This document shows positions 10,032 through 19,671 of a DNA stretch of 64,000 bases, in pieces (position 1 is the stretch's first letter; each line of letters begins with the position of its first letter). The DNA is from Alphaproteobacteria bacterium (GTDB lineage: Bacteria > Pseudomonadota > Alphaproteobacteria > MPNO01). A program made the translations under genes and the position numbers. The notes beneath the pieces were generated by a model. That model ran no database searches. It saw only the letters and a list, made by a program, of their open reading frames with translations, and was not told where the DNA came from. The stretch lies in NCBI GenBank assembly GCA_964291675.2, contig OZ219866.1, positions 3,200,001 to 3,264,000 of the forward strand, given 5' to 3'.

Positions 10032-11147
10032 ATGAAACGGCTTGGATACGCGGCGCTTCTGGCCGCCGGCGCGCTCGCGCTCGCGCAGCACGCCGCGGCG
10101 CGCGATCTGGTGTTCGGCAGCGCCCTGCCGCCGCAGCACAACGTCAACACAAAGGGGCTCGCCCCCACCTTCGAGGCGCTCGCCAAGGCGACCGGCGGCA
10201 AGCTCAAGTGGAAGCTGCTCACCGGCGGCCAGCTCTTCGGGCTGCGCGCCTCGCTCACCAATGTCGGCGGCGGGGTGGCGGACGGCGCGATCATCATCCC
10301 GAGCTTCGTCCAGTCCAAGATCCCGCATGTCTACACGATCACCGACATGTCGCTGTTCGCCGAGGATCCGCTGGTGGCGGCGGGTGCTTCCGCCGAGACG
10401 ATCTTCCACGACTGTCCGGAATGCCTGGCCGATTTCCGCAAGCAGAAGACCGTGCCGCTCGGCTTCTACGGGCTCAACACCTACAAGCTCCTGTGCAACA
10501 CCAGGGTGACCAGCCTCGCCGAGGTCAAGGGCAAGCGCATGCGGACCTCCGGCGCCGCCGGGCGCTGGGCCAGGGCGATGGGCGGGACGCCGGTCTCCAT
10601 GAGCGGCTCCGACATGATCGAGGCGCTGCAGCGCGGCCAGATCGACTGCGCGATCGGCCCGCTGGCCTGGGTCAAGGCCTATTCGATCGGCGAGCACATC
10701 AAATACGTGCTCGATTTCCCGATGGGCAATTTTGCCGCCGCGGCCCATTTCGTGATGAACCGGGGAGCCTGGGACGCGCTGCCGCTCGAACACAAGCAGG
10801 CGCTCGTCGACGCCATGCCGCTGTCCGGGGCGATGACCACCATCGACGGCTACGCCAGGGACGAGAAGACCGGCATCGAGATGGTGCTCTCGGCGGGCGG
10901 CGTGTTCACCAAGGGCGGCAAGGAGTTCTCCGACCTGAGGGCGGGCTACCTCGCGAAGGAGCTGGACGCCGTCATCGCCGGCGCCAAGAGGCGCCGGGTC
11001 GAGGACCCGCAGAAGGTCATCGACGCCTATCGCGCCAATGTCGCGAAGTGGGAGAAGCTGCTCGCCGGCAAGACCCGCGACACCGCGACCTTCCAGGCGC
11101 TGCTGAAGGAGCACGTCTACGACCGGATCGACCCGGCCAAGCTGTAG
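10032..11147 (+). CDS. dctP: TRAP transporter substrate-binding protein (DctP)
   Basis: ATG after a GAGGAAGG RBS, signal peptide, VKGKRMRT and EALQRGQID. Confidence 0.88.
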   Translation: MKRLGYAALLAAGALALAQHAAARDLVFGSALPPQHNVNTKGLAPTFEALAKATGGKLKWKLLTGGQLFGLRASLTNVGGGVADGAIIIPSFVQSKIPHVYTITDMSLFAEDPLVAAGASAETIFHDCPECLADFRKQKTVPLGFYGLNTYKLLCNTRVTSLAEVKGKRMRTSGAAGRWARAMGGTPVSMSGSDMIEALQRGQIDCAIGPLAWVKAYSIGEHIKYVLDFPMGNFAAAAHFVMNRGAWDALPLEHKQALVDAMPLSGAMTTIDGYARDEKTGIEMVLSAGGVFTKGGKEFSDLRAGYLAKELDAVIAGAKRRRVEDPQKVIDAYRANVAKWEKLLAGKTRDTATFQALLKEHVYDRIDPAKL

Positions 11148-11223
11148 GGCCGTTGCGGGCGGCCATGGACGGGGCCGCGACAGGCTCCGAATGCGCATGA
11201 AATTCTGAAACGGGACGCCGGGG

Positions 11224-11333
11224 CGTCCTTCGATACGCCCCCTGCGGTGGCTGCTCGGGACGAGGAGAGGTTGGTAGGGCGCAAGAAAAACCCCTCGTCC
11301 CGGGCAGGCGCATCGGCGCCGTATCGAGGGACG
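11224..11333. repeat. REP-like palindromic intergenic element, copy 2
   Basis: Same ends and internal hairpins as 6252-6361. Confidence 0.75.
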
Positions 11334-11348
11334 CCCGGCGCGGTCCAC

Positions 11349-12464
11349 ATGCGGGACCGGCTGGCGATGCACAACGCCAACCGGTTCAAGCTCGGGCTGT
11401 TCGGCGCCAACTGCTCGTCGGGCCGGGCGGTGACCGGGGTGCCCGAACGCTGGTCTGGCAACTGGCCCGACAATTTGGCGCTGGCGCGGATGGCGGACGA
11501 GGCCGGCATCGACTTCATGCTGCCGATCGGCCGCTGGAAGGGCTATGGCGGGGACACCGACTACCAGGGGGAAACCCTCGAATCGGTAACCTGGGCGACC
11601 GCGCTGCTGGCGCATACGAGGCGCATGACGGTGTTCGCGACGGTGCATGCGCCGCTGCTGCATCCGGTCATCGCCGCCAAGTCCTTCGTCACCGCCGACC
11701 TGGTGGGGGAGGGGCGGTTCGGCGTCAACATCGTCTGCGGCTGGAACGAGGGCGAGTTCGCCATGTTCGGCGTCGCCCAGCGCGACCACGAGGCGCGCTA
11801 CGCCTACGGCCAGGAATGGATCGACGCGATCCGCGCGATGTGGCAGCGCGACGACGCGTTCGATTTCGACGGTGAGTTCCTAAGACTCCGCGAGGTACGC
11901 TCCGCGCCCAAGCCCTACGGGAAGTCGCGGCCGCTGCTGATGAACGCGGGCGCTTCGCCGACCGGGCGGGAGTTCGCGGTGCGCAACTGCGATGCGCTGT
12001 TCTCGACGCGGCGGCAGGCGGCGACGATCGACGAGTTCGCCGCGGACATCCGCGCCGCCAAGCGCCTCGCCGCCGAGCACGGCCGCGAGATCGACGTCTA
12101 CTCGGTGGGCGTGGTGACCTGTCGGCCGACGATGCGGGAGGCCGAGGAGTACCACCGCCGCTGCGTCATCGACCACGCCGACTGGGCGGCGGTCGACAAC
12201 ATTCTGGCGATGCGAGGGATGCACCCGAAAGACTTTCCCGCCGCCGAGTTCGACGAGCTTCGCAGGCAGATCGCGCACGGGCTCGGCGGCATCCCGATCG
12301 TCGGCGACCCCGACCGTGTCGCCGCCGAGATCGCCCGCTTCGCCGAGGCCGGGCTGCGCGGCATCGGCGTCTCCTTCGTCAACTACGCCGCCGAGCTGCC
12401 GTTCTTCTGCGCCGAAATCCTGCCCCGCCTGGAGCGCATGGGCCTGCGCGAGAAGCGGCGGTAG
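11349..12464 (+). CDS. LLM-class flavin-dependent monooxygenase
   Basis: FKLGLFGANCSSG, RWKGYGG, GRFGVNIVCGW and NAGASPTGREFA. Confidence 0.9.
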   Translation: MRDRLAMHNANRFKLGLFGANCSSGRAVTGVPERWSGNWPDNLALARMADEAGIDFMLPIGRWKGYGGDTDYQGETLESVTWATALLAHTRRMTVFATVHAPLLHPVIAAKSFVTADLVGEGRFGVNIVCGWNEGEFAMFGVAQRDHEARYAYGQEWIDAIRAMWQRDDAFDFDGEFLRLREVRSAPKPYGKSRPLLMNAGASPTGREFAVRNCDALFSTRRQAATIDEFAADIRAAKRLAAEHGREIDVYSVGVVTCRPTMREAEEYHRRCVIDHADWAAVDNILAMRGMHPKDFPAAEFDELRRQIAHGLGGIPIVGDPDRVAAEIARFAEAGLRGIGVSFVNYAAELPFFCAEILPRLERMGLREKRR

Positions 12465-12531
12465 CGGGGCCGCCGCCCGCGAGGCGAGCGGTGGCGAGAG
12501 GTGCCGGCGCCAGTGGATGCCCGGACCGGTT

Positions 12532-12813
12532 CCATTGCTGTCCGGTTTGGTATTTCGACGCGGCCTCCGTGACCATGAGCATCGACGTCTCGGCCCCCCT
12601 TTTGTCACCCCGGACGCCGATCCGGGGGAAGCCGGGCGACGACGGTGCCCGTGGCTCTGGGCCCCGGATCAAGTCCGGGCTGACAAAAGGGGGGACAGAG
12701 ACGGCAAATGCGGACGTGCCGCGATCCGTGTCCCGATTCGGCCGATGCGCCGATATCCCGTCCGTAGCAAGGGCTTGGACCCCGTCCAACTCAGCTAAAC
12801 CGGACAGCAGTGG
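12532..12813. mobile_element. MITE-like element with about 17-bp terminal inverted repeats
   Basis: CCATTGCTGTCCGGTTT at 12532 and AAACCGGACAGCAGTGG ending at 12813. No transposase inside. Confidence 0.7.
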
Positions 12814-13010
12814 ATCGAGTCCGGCCATGACCGGGCGGCGACGTTCCGGGCATTCATGGGCGCCGCCTTTCCCCACCGGCCGCCTGGCGGGCGGAGAGGG
12901 TCGGGCCGTGTTTCCCGGCTGAAGCCGCGCGCCGCATCGACGATCGCGGCGAGAAGGCCGAAGCCTGCGAGCTCCTCGACAGCCCGCCGGATCGCGGCTA
13001 GGCTCGCGCC

Positions 13011-13283
13011 ATGTCCGCCGAGCTGATCGCCATAATCGCCGTCGGGGTCGCCTTGGGATCGCTCACGGCGGGTCTGATTCTGCGGATCGACCGGCGGATG
13101 GACCGGCTCGAAACCCGGATGGACCGGCTCGAAACCCGGCTCGAAACCCGGATCGACGGCTATATCGCCGAGGCCGGCAACGACCGCCGCGCGTTCCAGG
13201 CCGCGATGGACGACTTCCGCCGGGAGATGCAGCGCCTCGCCGAGCGCCAGTCCCACGTCGAAGGCCTGCGCGCCGCCGAGTAA
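13011..13283 (+). CDS. Small membrane-anchored coiled-coil protein, copy 1
   Basis: N-terminal TM helix and MDRLETR heptad repeats. Near-identical to two downstream copies. Confidence 0.8.
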   Translation: MSAELIAIIAVGVALGSLTAGLILRIDRRMDRLETRMDRLETRLETRIDGYIAEAGNDRRAFQAAMDDFRREMQRLAERQSHVEGLRAAE

Positions 13284-13864
13284 GCGGCCGCCTCCTCGCC
13301 GCCGTCCCTGCGGCGGCTTCCCTCGCCGTCGCCGATGCGCTCGAACCCCTCAGGGTCCGCCACGCCGACCTGCCCGCGACCTCGCAACCGATGTGGCGCG
13401 CGATCCGCGACGCGGCGGTGGGGCAAAGCGTCCTTCGACACGCCCCGGATCGGGTCCGGGGGTGTTCCACTGCTGTCCGGTCTGGATTTTCGACGCGGGC
13501 CGCACCCGGCTCTCCTTGCTCCTCCACCGCCACCACCCCGTCATGGCCGGACTTGATCCGGCCATCCATGCGGCATCCGCGCGCACGGCGATCCGGCTGG
13601 AAGGATGCCGATGGGGCGGGCCGCACCCGGCTCGCCATGCACAGCCCATGGATGCCCGGATCACCCCCGGACTTGATCCGGGGGCCGGGCATGACGACAT
13701 GAGGGCAGGTAGGACGTCGACCATGACCGGCGGCGGTCCCCTCGTCGATCCGCGCCATCCGACAGCTCGTCAAGTAATCTGGATAAGCCCCTATCGAAGA
13801 ACGGCCCCGGTGCGGAGCCTGCGAGCTCCTCGACAGCCCGCCGGATCGCGGCTAGGCTCGCGCC

Positions 13865-14158
13865 ATGTCGGCAGAGCTGATCGCCATAATCGCCGTCGGG
13901 GTCGCCCTGGGATCGCTCACGGCGGGTCTGATTCTGCGGATCGACCGCCGGATCGACCGGCTCGAAACCCGGCTTGAAGCCCGGATGGACCGGCTAGAAA
14001 CCCGGATGGACCGGCTCGAAACCCGGATCGACGGCTATATCGCCGAGGCCGGCAACGACCGCCGCGCGTTCCAGGCCGCGATGGACGACTTCCGCCGGGA
14101 GATGCAGCGCCTCGCCGAGCGCCAGTCCCACGTCGAAGGCCTGCGCGCCGCCGAGTAA
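13865..14158 (+). CDS. Small membrane-anchored coiled-coil protein, copy 2
   Basis: Same as copy 1 with a longer heptad tract (97 aa). Confidence 0.8.
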   Translation: MSAELIAIIAVGVALGSLTAGLILRIDRRIDRLETRLEARMDRLETRMDRLETRIDGYIAEAGNDRRAFQAAMDDFRREMQRLAERQSHVEGLRAAE

Positions 14159-14303
14159 ACGGCCGCCTCCTCGCCGCCGTCCCTGCGGCGGCTTGCCTCG
14201 CCGTCGCCGATGCGCTCGAACTCCTCGGGGTCCGCCACGCCGGCCTGCCCGCGACCTCGCAACCGATGTGGCGCGCGATCCGCGACGCGGCCGTGGGGCA
14301 AAG

Positions 14304-14420
14304 CGCCCTTCGATACGCCCCGGATCGGGTCCGGGGCTACTCGGGATGAGGGGTTTCTCTTTGGCCCAGCCAACCTCTCCTCATTCCCGGTGGCCCCTGA
14401 AGGGGGCGTATCGAAGAACG
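14304..14420. repeat. REP-like palindromic intergenic element, copy 3
   Basis: CCTTCGATACGCCC...GGGCGTATCGAAG ends with a CTACTCGGGATGAGG core. Confidence 0.65.
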
Positions 14421-14481
14421 GCCCCGGTGCGGAGCCTGCGAGCTCCTCGACAGCCCGCCGGATCGCGGCTAGGCTCGCGCC

Positions 14482-14721
14482 ATGTCGGTCGAGCTGATCG
14501 CCATGCTCGCCGTCGGGGTCGCCCTGGGATCGCTCACGGCGGGCCTGACTCTGCGGATCGACCAGCGGATGGACCGGCTCGAAACCCGGCTCGACGGCTA
14601 TATCGCCGAGGCCGGCAACGACCGCCGCGCGTTCCAGGCCGCGATGGACGACTTCCGCCGGGAGATGCAGCGCCTCGCCGAGCGCCAGTCCCACGTCGAA
14701 GGCCTGCGCGCCGCCGAGTAA
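14482..14721 (+). CDS. Small membrane-anchored coiled-coil protein, copy 3
   Basis: Same as copy 1 with a single heptad (79 aa). Confidence 0.8.
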   Translation: MSVELIAMLAVGVALGSLTAGLTLRIDQRMDRLETRLDGYIAEAGNDRRAFQAAMDDFRREMQRLAERQSHVEGLRAAE

Positions 14722-15150
14722 ACGGCCGCCTCCTCGCCGCCGTCCCTGCGGCGGCTTGCCTCGCCGTCGCCGATGCGCTCGAACCCCTCGGTGTCCGCCA
14801 CGCCGGCCTGCCCGCAACCTCGCAACCGATGTGGCGCGCGATCCGCGACGCGGCGGTGGGCCAGAGCGCCCTTCGATACATCCCGGATCGGGTCCGGGGG
14901 GACAAAAGGGGGGACAAGGACGGCGAATGCGGGCGTGCCGCGATCCGTGTCCCGATCCGGCCGATGCGCCGATATCCCGTCCGTACCAAGGGCTTGCACC
15001 CCGTCCAACTCAGCTGAACCGGACAGCAGTGGATCGAGTCCGGGCATGACGGTGGGGGGCGATAGCGGCTCCCCCCACCCGTCATGGCCGGACGTGATCC
15101 GGCCATCCATGCCGCCGTCCGCACGGCCGCCGGACGGAAGGGGGCGCGCC

Positions 15151-15702
15151 CTACGCCGCGAGGTGCGACGGCCAGTCGGGCGGGGCCTCGGCGTCGACGA
15201 CATTGGCCATCATCGCGGTCTTGCAGAAATGGCCGATTGCGCCGACCAGGTCGGCCATGCGGCGATAGCCCAGTACCCGTTCGGCTGCGGCGAACCCCGC
15301 GGCGTCCAGCGTGCCGGTCGCCAGCAGCTCGCGCGCCGCGTCGTGGACCGCCTCGTCCTCGCGGGTCGCGAAGCCGGGCCGCTCGCGCGCGTTCACCGCG
15401 TCGACGACCGCGCGATCCAGCCCCGCCTCCAGCGCCATCCGCGCCTGCGCCGCCCAGGGATAGGCGGCGTTCCAGCGCCTGGCCGTCAGCAGCGCCACCA
15501 GGCGAAGCTGCGGCAGGGTGAGCGAGCAGCGGTTCTCGAAATAGTCGGTCGCCGCGTTGTTGGTCTCCCACATGCCGGGCGCATGGGCGTAGCCGACGGC
15601 GGGCCCGCGCCCGACCCGCCCGGTCGCCGCCACGGTCTCGTCGTAGACCCGCTTGCCCTCGTCGTCCATCTCGTCGCGGGTGAGCGGGGGTATCCTGGTC
15701 AT
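15151..15702 (-). CDS. Carboxymuconolactone decarboxylase/AhpD-like family protein
   Basis: MTRIPPLTRDEMDDEGKRVYD start, LVALLTARRWNAAYPW and MADLVGAIGHF. Confidence 0.75.
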   Translation of the reverse strand: MTRIPPLTRDEMDDEGKRVYDETVAATGRVGRGPAVGYAHAPGMWETNNAATDYFENRCSLTLPQLRLVALLTARRWNAAYPWAAQARMALEAGLDRAVVDAVNARERPGFATREDEAVHDAARELLATGTLDAAGFAAAERVLGYRRMADLVGAIGHFCKTAMMANVVDAEAPPDWPSHLAA

Positions 15703-15718
15703 GCGTCGCCTCCGGGTT

Positions 15719-16102
15719 TCAGACCGGCCGGCCGCCGGTGTGGGAAGAGGTGATCTTGAGACGATAGCCGTCGGGGAACGGGATGGTGAAGGAGGAGTGG
15801 ATCGATCCCGAGGCGATCTCCGACGGCTCCAGCCCCATCTCGCAATAACGCGCATGCGTCGCCCGGACGTCGTCGACCATCAGGTCGATCGGCGCCATCT
15901 GGCCGTCCGCGATCTCGTGCTCCCCGGCGCGGACGATCAGATGGGTGCCGCCGCGCAGCTCCAGCACCGCGTAGGACTCCCCCCGCGTCACCGGGCGGAC
16001 CCCCAGCCGCTCCAGCAGATCGCACGCTTCGCCGAGGCTGTTGACGTCCAGCCTGACATGGCCGATCGCGACTTCCGGCCTGGGATCGCCTGGCTCGGTC
16101 AT
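15719..16102 (-). CDS. VOC/glyoxalase family protein
   Basis: IGHVRLDV, AVLELRGGTHL, IDLMVDDV and PDGY. Confidence 0.82.
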   Translation of the reverse strand: MTEPGDPRPEVAIGHVRLDVNSLGEACDLLERLGVRPVTRGESYAVLELRGGTHLIVRAGEHEIADGQMAPIDLMVDDVRATHARYCEMGLEPSEIASGSIHSSFTIPFPDGYRLKITSSHTGGRPV

Positions 16103-16193
16103 ATCGTCCCTCCCCTGTCCAGGTGCCGAGCGTGACTCGAAACCGCCCGCCAGGCAATCCGGCATCGGGCGGTAACGTGCTACAAATCCCGCC

Positions 16194-17180
16194 ATGCGCA
16201 TCCCGACCTATGACGACGTCACGGCCGCGCATGAGCGGATCGCGCCCCATGTCCACCGCACCCCGGTGCTGACCTCGGCCTCGCTCGACCGCCTGGCCGG
16301 GGCCGGGCTGTTCTTCAAATGCGAGAATTTCCAGCGCGCCGGCGCGTTCAAGGCGCGCGGCGCGTCGAACGCGGTGTTCGGCCTCTCCGGCGCGGAGGCG
16401 GCGGGCGGGGTGGCGACGCACAGCTCGGGCAATCATGCGCAGGCGCTCGCCTGGGCCGCCCGAAGGCGCGGCATCCCGTGCCACGTGGTGATGCCCGACG
16501 ACGCCGTTGCCGCCAAGAAGCAGGCGGTGGCGGGCTATGGCGGCAGGATCGTCGAGTGCGAGCCGTCCTATCCGGCGCGCGACGCGGCGCTCGCCGGGGT
16601 GCTGCGAGAGACCGGCGCCGCCTTCGTCCACCCCTACGACGATTTTAGGGTGATCGCCGGCCAGGCCACCTGCGCGCGCGAGCTGGTGGACCAGACCGGC
16701 GGGCTCGACGCAGTCATCGCCCCCATCGGCGGCGGCGGCATGGTGTCCGGGATCTGCCTTGCGCTCTCCGCCATCGCCCCGGACACCGAGGTCTACGCCG
16801 CCGAGCCCGAGCAGGCCGACGATGCCGCGCGCAGCCTGCGCGCCGGGCGCATCGTGGTCGACGAGGCGCCGCAGACCATCGCCGACGGGCTCAAGGCGCC
16901 GCTCGGCGCGCTCACCTGGCACTTCGTGTCGGGCGGCGTCGCCGACATCCTCACGGTGTCGGAACGCGAGATCGTCGCGGCGACGAAGCTGATGTGGACC
17001 CGGCTCAAGACCGTGGTCGAGCCCTCGGGCGCGGTGCCGCTCGCCGCCATCCTCAAGCACCCGGGGGTCTTTGCCGGCCGGCGGGTCGGCGTCGTGGTCA
17101 CCGGCGGCAATGTCGATCCCGACCGGCTGCCCTGGATGGCGGGCCGATGCCATCCCCATCCGGGCCGCCGTCCGATATGA
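16194..17180 (+). CDS. PLP-dependent serine/threonine dehydratase family; beta-hydroxyaspartate dehydratase (BhcB)/serine racemase-like
   Basis: FKCENFQRAGAFKARGA (PLP lysine), THSSGNHA, PIGGGG and TGGNVD. Confidence 0.87.
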   Translation: MRIPTYDDVTAAHERIAPHVHRTPVLTSASLDRLAGAGLFFKCENFQRAGAFKARGASNAVFGLSGAEAAGGVATHSSGNHAQALAWAARRRGIPCHVVMPDDAVAAKKQAVAGYGGRIVECEPSYPARDAALAGVLRETGAAFVHPYDDFRVIAGQATCARELVDQTGGLDAVIAPIGGGGMVSGICLALSAIAPDTEVYAAEPEQADDAARSLRAGRIVVDEAPQTIADGLKAPLGALTWHFVSGGVADILTVSEREIVAATKLMWTRLKTVVEPSGAVPLAAILKHPGVFAGRRVGVVVTGGNVDPDRLPWMAGRCHPHPGRRPI

Positions 17181-17214
17181 TCGGCAAGCGAGCGAAGATG
17201 GGAGCGCGATCCAA

Positions 17215-17649
17215 ATGGCACAGCGCGATTGGGCGAGGGACCACGTCAGGCGGTACCGAGCGACCGGCGGCGCCGACGGGCATATCTGGAAGGGGCATGA
17301 CGGGACGGGCAACTTCCCTTGCCTGTTGCTGACCACCACCGGGCGCAGGACCGGCGAGCCGCGGACGACGCCGCTGATCTACGGCTGCGACGGGCCGGAC
17401 TACGTCGTCATCGCCTCCCAGGGCGGTCGGCCCGAGCACCCGCACTGGTACCTCAACCTGGCGGCCGACCCGGCGGTGGACGTGCAGGTCGAGGCGGTGT
17501 CCTTCGCCGCCACCGCGCGGACCGCGCAAGGCGAGTACCGCGACCGGCTGTGGCAGATGATGGCCGCGCTCTACCCGCCCTACGACGCCTACCGGGAGAA
17601 GGCCGCCGCGACCCGCGAGATCCCGGTCGTCGTGCTGTCCAGGGCGTAG
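17215..17649 (+). CDS. Deazaflavin (F420)-dependent nitroreductase (Ddn) family protein
   Basis: LLLTTTGRRTGEPRTTPL, ASQGGRPEHPHWYLNL and REIPVVVL. Confidence 0.88.
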   Translation: MAQRDWARDHVRRYRATGGADGHIWKGHDGTGNFPCLLLTTTGRRTGEPRTTPLIYGCDGPDYVVIASQGGRPEHPHWYLNLAADPAVDVQVEAVSFAATARTAQGEYRDRLWQMMAALYPPYDAYREKAAATREIPVVVLSRA

Positions 17650-17771
17650 CCGCCGCGCCGCGTCCCGCCGGGACGCCGGGCCGGATTCGGGGCGAATGGG
17701 GGTTTTGCGCGGGCGGCTTACCATTTGCGGCACGCTCTTGAGGCGATGGATAAGTCAACAATGCTGACCAT

Positions 17772-17787
17772 TGTTTCACGTGAAACA
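17772..17787. promoter_or_regulatory. parS centromere-like site (ParB binding)
   Basis: Exact match to the 16-bp palindromic consensus TGTTTCACGTGAAACA. Confidence 0.85.
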
Positions 17788-17997
17788 TTAAATAATACAG
17801 GTTTCGGATGCGTAATCAGGCCGTATCAGCGCTTGTCAGGATTTGTATGGAGTGGGTGTTTTCTGCTTTATTCCAATAGCTTGCGGATGTATCGGATTGC
17901 CATTCGGTGGCTAGCGTTTCCCCCTCTGATCCACGGTTGACTTTCATGTGTTGAGGTTCTAGATGATATTTCGAGAGATTTTAGAGAGGGTGTCTCT

Positions 17998-19230
17998 ATG
18001 TCAACACTGTCCGGAAAACGGGTCGCCCAGCTCAAGCTCACATTGAATAAGCGCAGCGTCGAGGCCCTCATGCCGGCCGACAAACCCTTCATCGCCTGGG
18101 ACGACAGGCTGACGGGGTTCGGGGTCAGGGTACAGCCCTCGGGGGTGCGGTCCTATCTGGTGAACTACCGCGCCTCGGGCGGCGGCAGGCGGGCCGCCAA
18201 CCGGCGGCTCGTCATCGGCCGGCACGGGCGGGTCTCGGCAGAGCAGGCAAGACGCATCGCCCACGAGACGCTCGGCAAGGTCGCCGCCGGGGAGGACCCG
18301 GCGGAGGGGCGCACCCGGTCGCGGTCGACGCCCACGCTGCGCGAGGCCTTCGAGGAGTACCTGTCGATGGGGCCGGAGAGGAAGCCGCGCACCGTCGAGG
18401 TCTACCGGAGGACGGTGTATCACGATCTCGAGCCCTGGCTCGACCGGTCGCTCAACACAATCTCCCGCAAGGACGTCGAGCAGTGCTTCAACCGGCTGAC
18501 CTCCGAGATCGGCTGGGTGGGGGCCAACTCGGCGCTCATCATGCTGGGGGCGCTGTACCGGCGGCAATGCGTCGACGTCCAGGGTCTGCACAACCCGGTG
18601 GCGCAGTGGCGCGCGGCGGGCGGGCGGCTGCACCGCCAGCGGCGGCGGCGCATCCAGCCTCCGGCCGAGGTTCTGCCGCGCTGGCACAGGGGGATCGAGA
18701 AGGGGGTTCGCAACCCGGTGGCGCGGGATGCGCTGCGGCTCGGCCTCTACACCGGCATGCGCCATTCCGAGGTGCTGGAGCTACGCTGGGACATGGTGGA
18801 CCTCGATGCGATGACGCTGACGGTCGAGGAGACCAAGTCGGGCGAGCCGCTGGAGATCCCGATCGTCCGGCAGGTCGGGGAGATCCTCCGACGCCGCGCG
18901 GCCGAGCGCGGGAACTTTCCGGCGGAGAGCCGCGTCTGGGTGTTCCCGTCGGAGACCAGCGCCTCGGGGCGGCTCGTGACGACGCAGCAGCTGAACGCGC
19001 GGATCGGCGAGGCGGGCGGTGCGAAGTTCTGGTTCCATGCGCTGCGCAACTGCTTCATCACGGTGGCGGACCGGGAGCTGATGCTGCCGACCAGTCTCAC
19101 CAAGCGGCTGGTCAACCATGCGAGGCCCAGCGACGTCACCGAGGGCTACGCGTCGGACTGGACGGCGGACCAGCTCCGCGAGGCCGCGCAGCGCATCGCC
19201 GATCGCATCGATGAGCTGATCAAATGTTGA
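17998..19230 (+). CDS. Tyrosine integrase with N-terminal arm-binding domain
   Basis: WDDRLTGFGVRV arm domain. Catalytic residues in TGMRHSE, TKSG, FHALRN, VNH and EGY. Confidence 0.92.
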   Translation: MSTLSGKRVAQLKLTLNKRSVEALMPADKPFIAWDDRLTGFGVRVQPSGVRSYLVNYRASGGGRRAANRRLVIGRHGRVSAEQARRIAHETLGKVAAGEDPAEGRTRSRSTPTLREAFEEYLSMGPERKPRTVEVYRRTVYHDLEPWLDRSLNTISRKDVEQCFNRLTSEIGWVGANSALIMLGALYRRQCVDVQGLHNPVAQWRAAGGRLHRQRRRRIQPPAEVLPRWHRGIEKGVRNPVARDALRLGLYTGMRHSEVLELRWDMVDLDAMTLTVEETKSGEPLEIPIVRQVGEILRRRAAERGNFPAESRVWVFPSETSASGRLVTTQQLNARIGEAGGAKFWFHALRNCFITVADRELMLPTSLTKRLVNHARPSDVTEGYASDWTADQLREAAQRIADRIDELIKC

Positions 19231-19634
19231 GCTCAACATTTTGACTATGCACTTATCGGTCGTGCGCAGCAGGACCGATAAGAGCATTGAGCTGAGCCGC
19301 ACGGCGGAGCGGTGACTCCGAGCTACGGCAAAGTATCCGCTCAGCAAGAGTCGACTACGCCAGGAAGTCACAGAAATGGGCGCGCGGTCCGATTTCATGG
19401 TTTAACTTGTCCACAAATTCGGTTGTTCCGGTGAGGAACTGACGACCGCGAGCGGGAGAACGAAAAAAGAAGGCAATTACATACCTAACTGTGCAAACAC
19501 AGAAACCAAACTGTCCCCAACGGCATTCCAACCGGAGACTACAGGACCATCACTGATCCAAACAGGCTAACTGTGAAAACCGTCCAAAAAAACACCATAA
19601 GCCTAAGACCAAACCCCCACAAAAAACACCTTGC

Positions 19635-19663
19635 TTGACCTCCTTAGATCGCCCTGCTATTCG
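19635..19663 (+). promoter_or_regulatory. sigma70-type promoter of the tRNA-like gene
   Basis: TTGACC, 17-nt spacer, TATTCG with an extended -10 TG. Ends 8 nt before tRNA position 1. Confidence 0.6.
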
Positions 19664-19671
19664 TTCAACGT

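Larger units (their letters stand above)
13467..15032. mobile_element. Composite MITE-like unit enclosing coiled-coil gene copies 2 and 3
   Basis: Left end CCACTGCTGTCCGG at 13467. The right about 130 bp (14901-15032) matches 12682-12813 and ends in CCGGACAGCAGTGG. Confidence 0.55.

Noticed and set aside
12962-14900. Possible CRISPR array or DGR template/variable repeats in the repeated units
   Set aside because: Units are about 500 bp and coding, have no unique spacers, differences are not adenine-specific, and there is no cas or reverse transcriptase gene.
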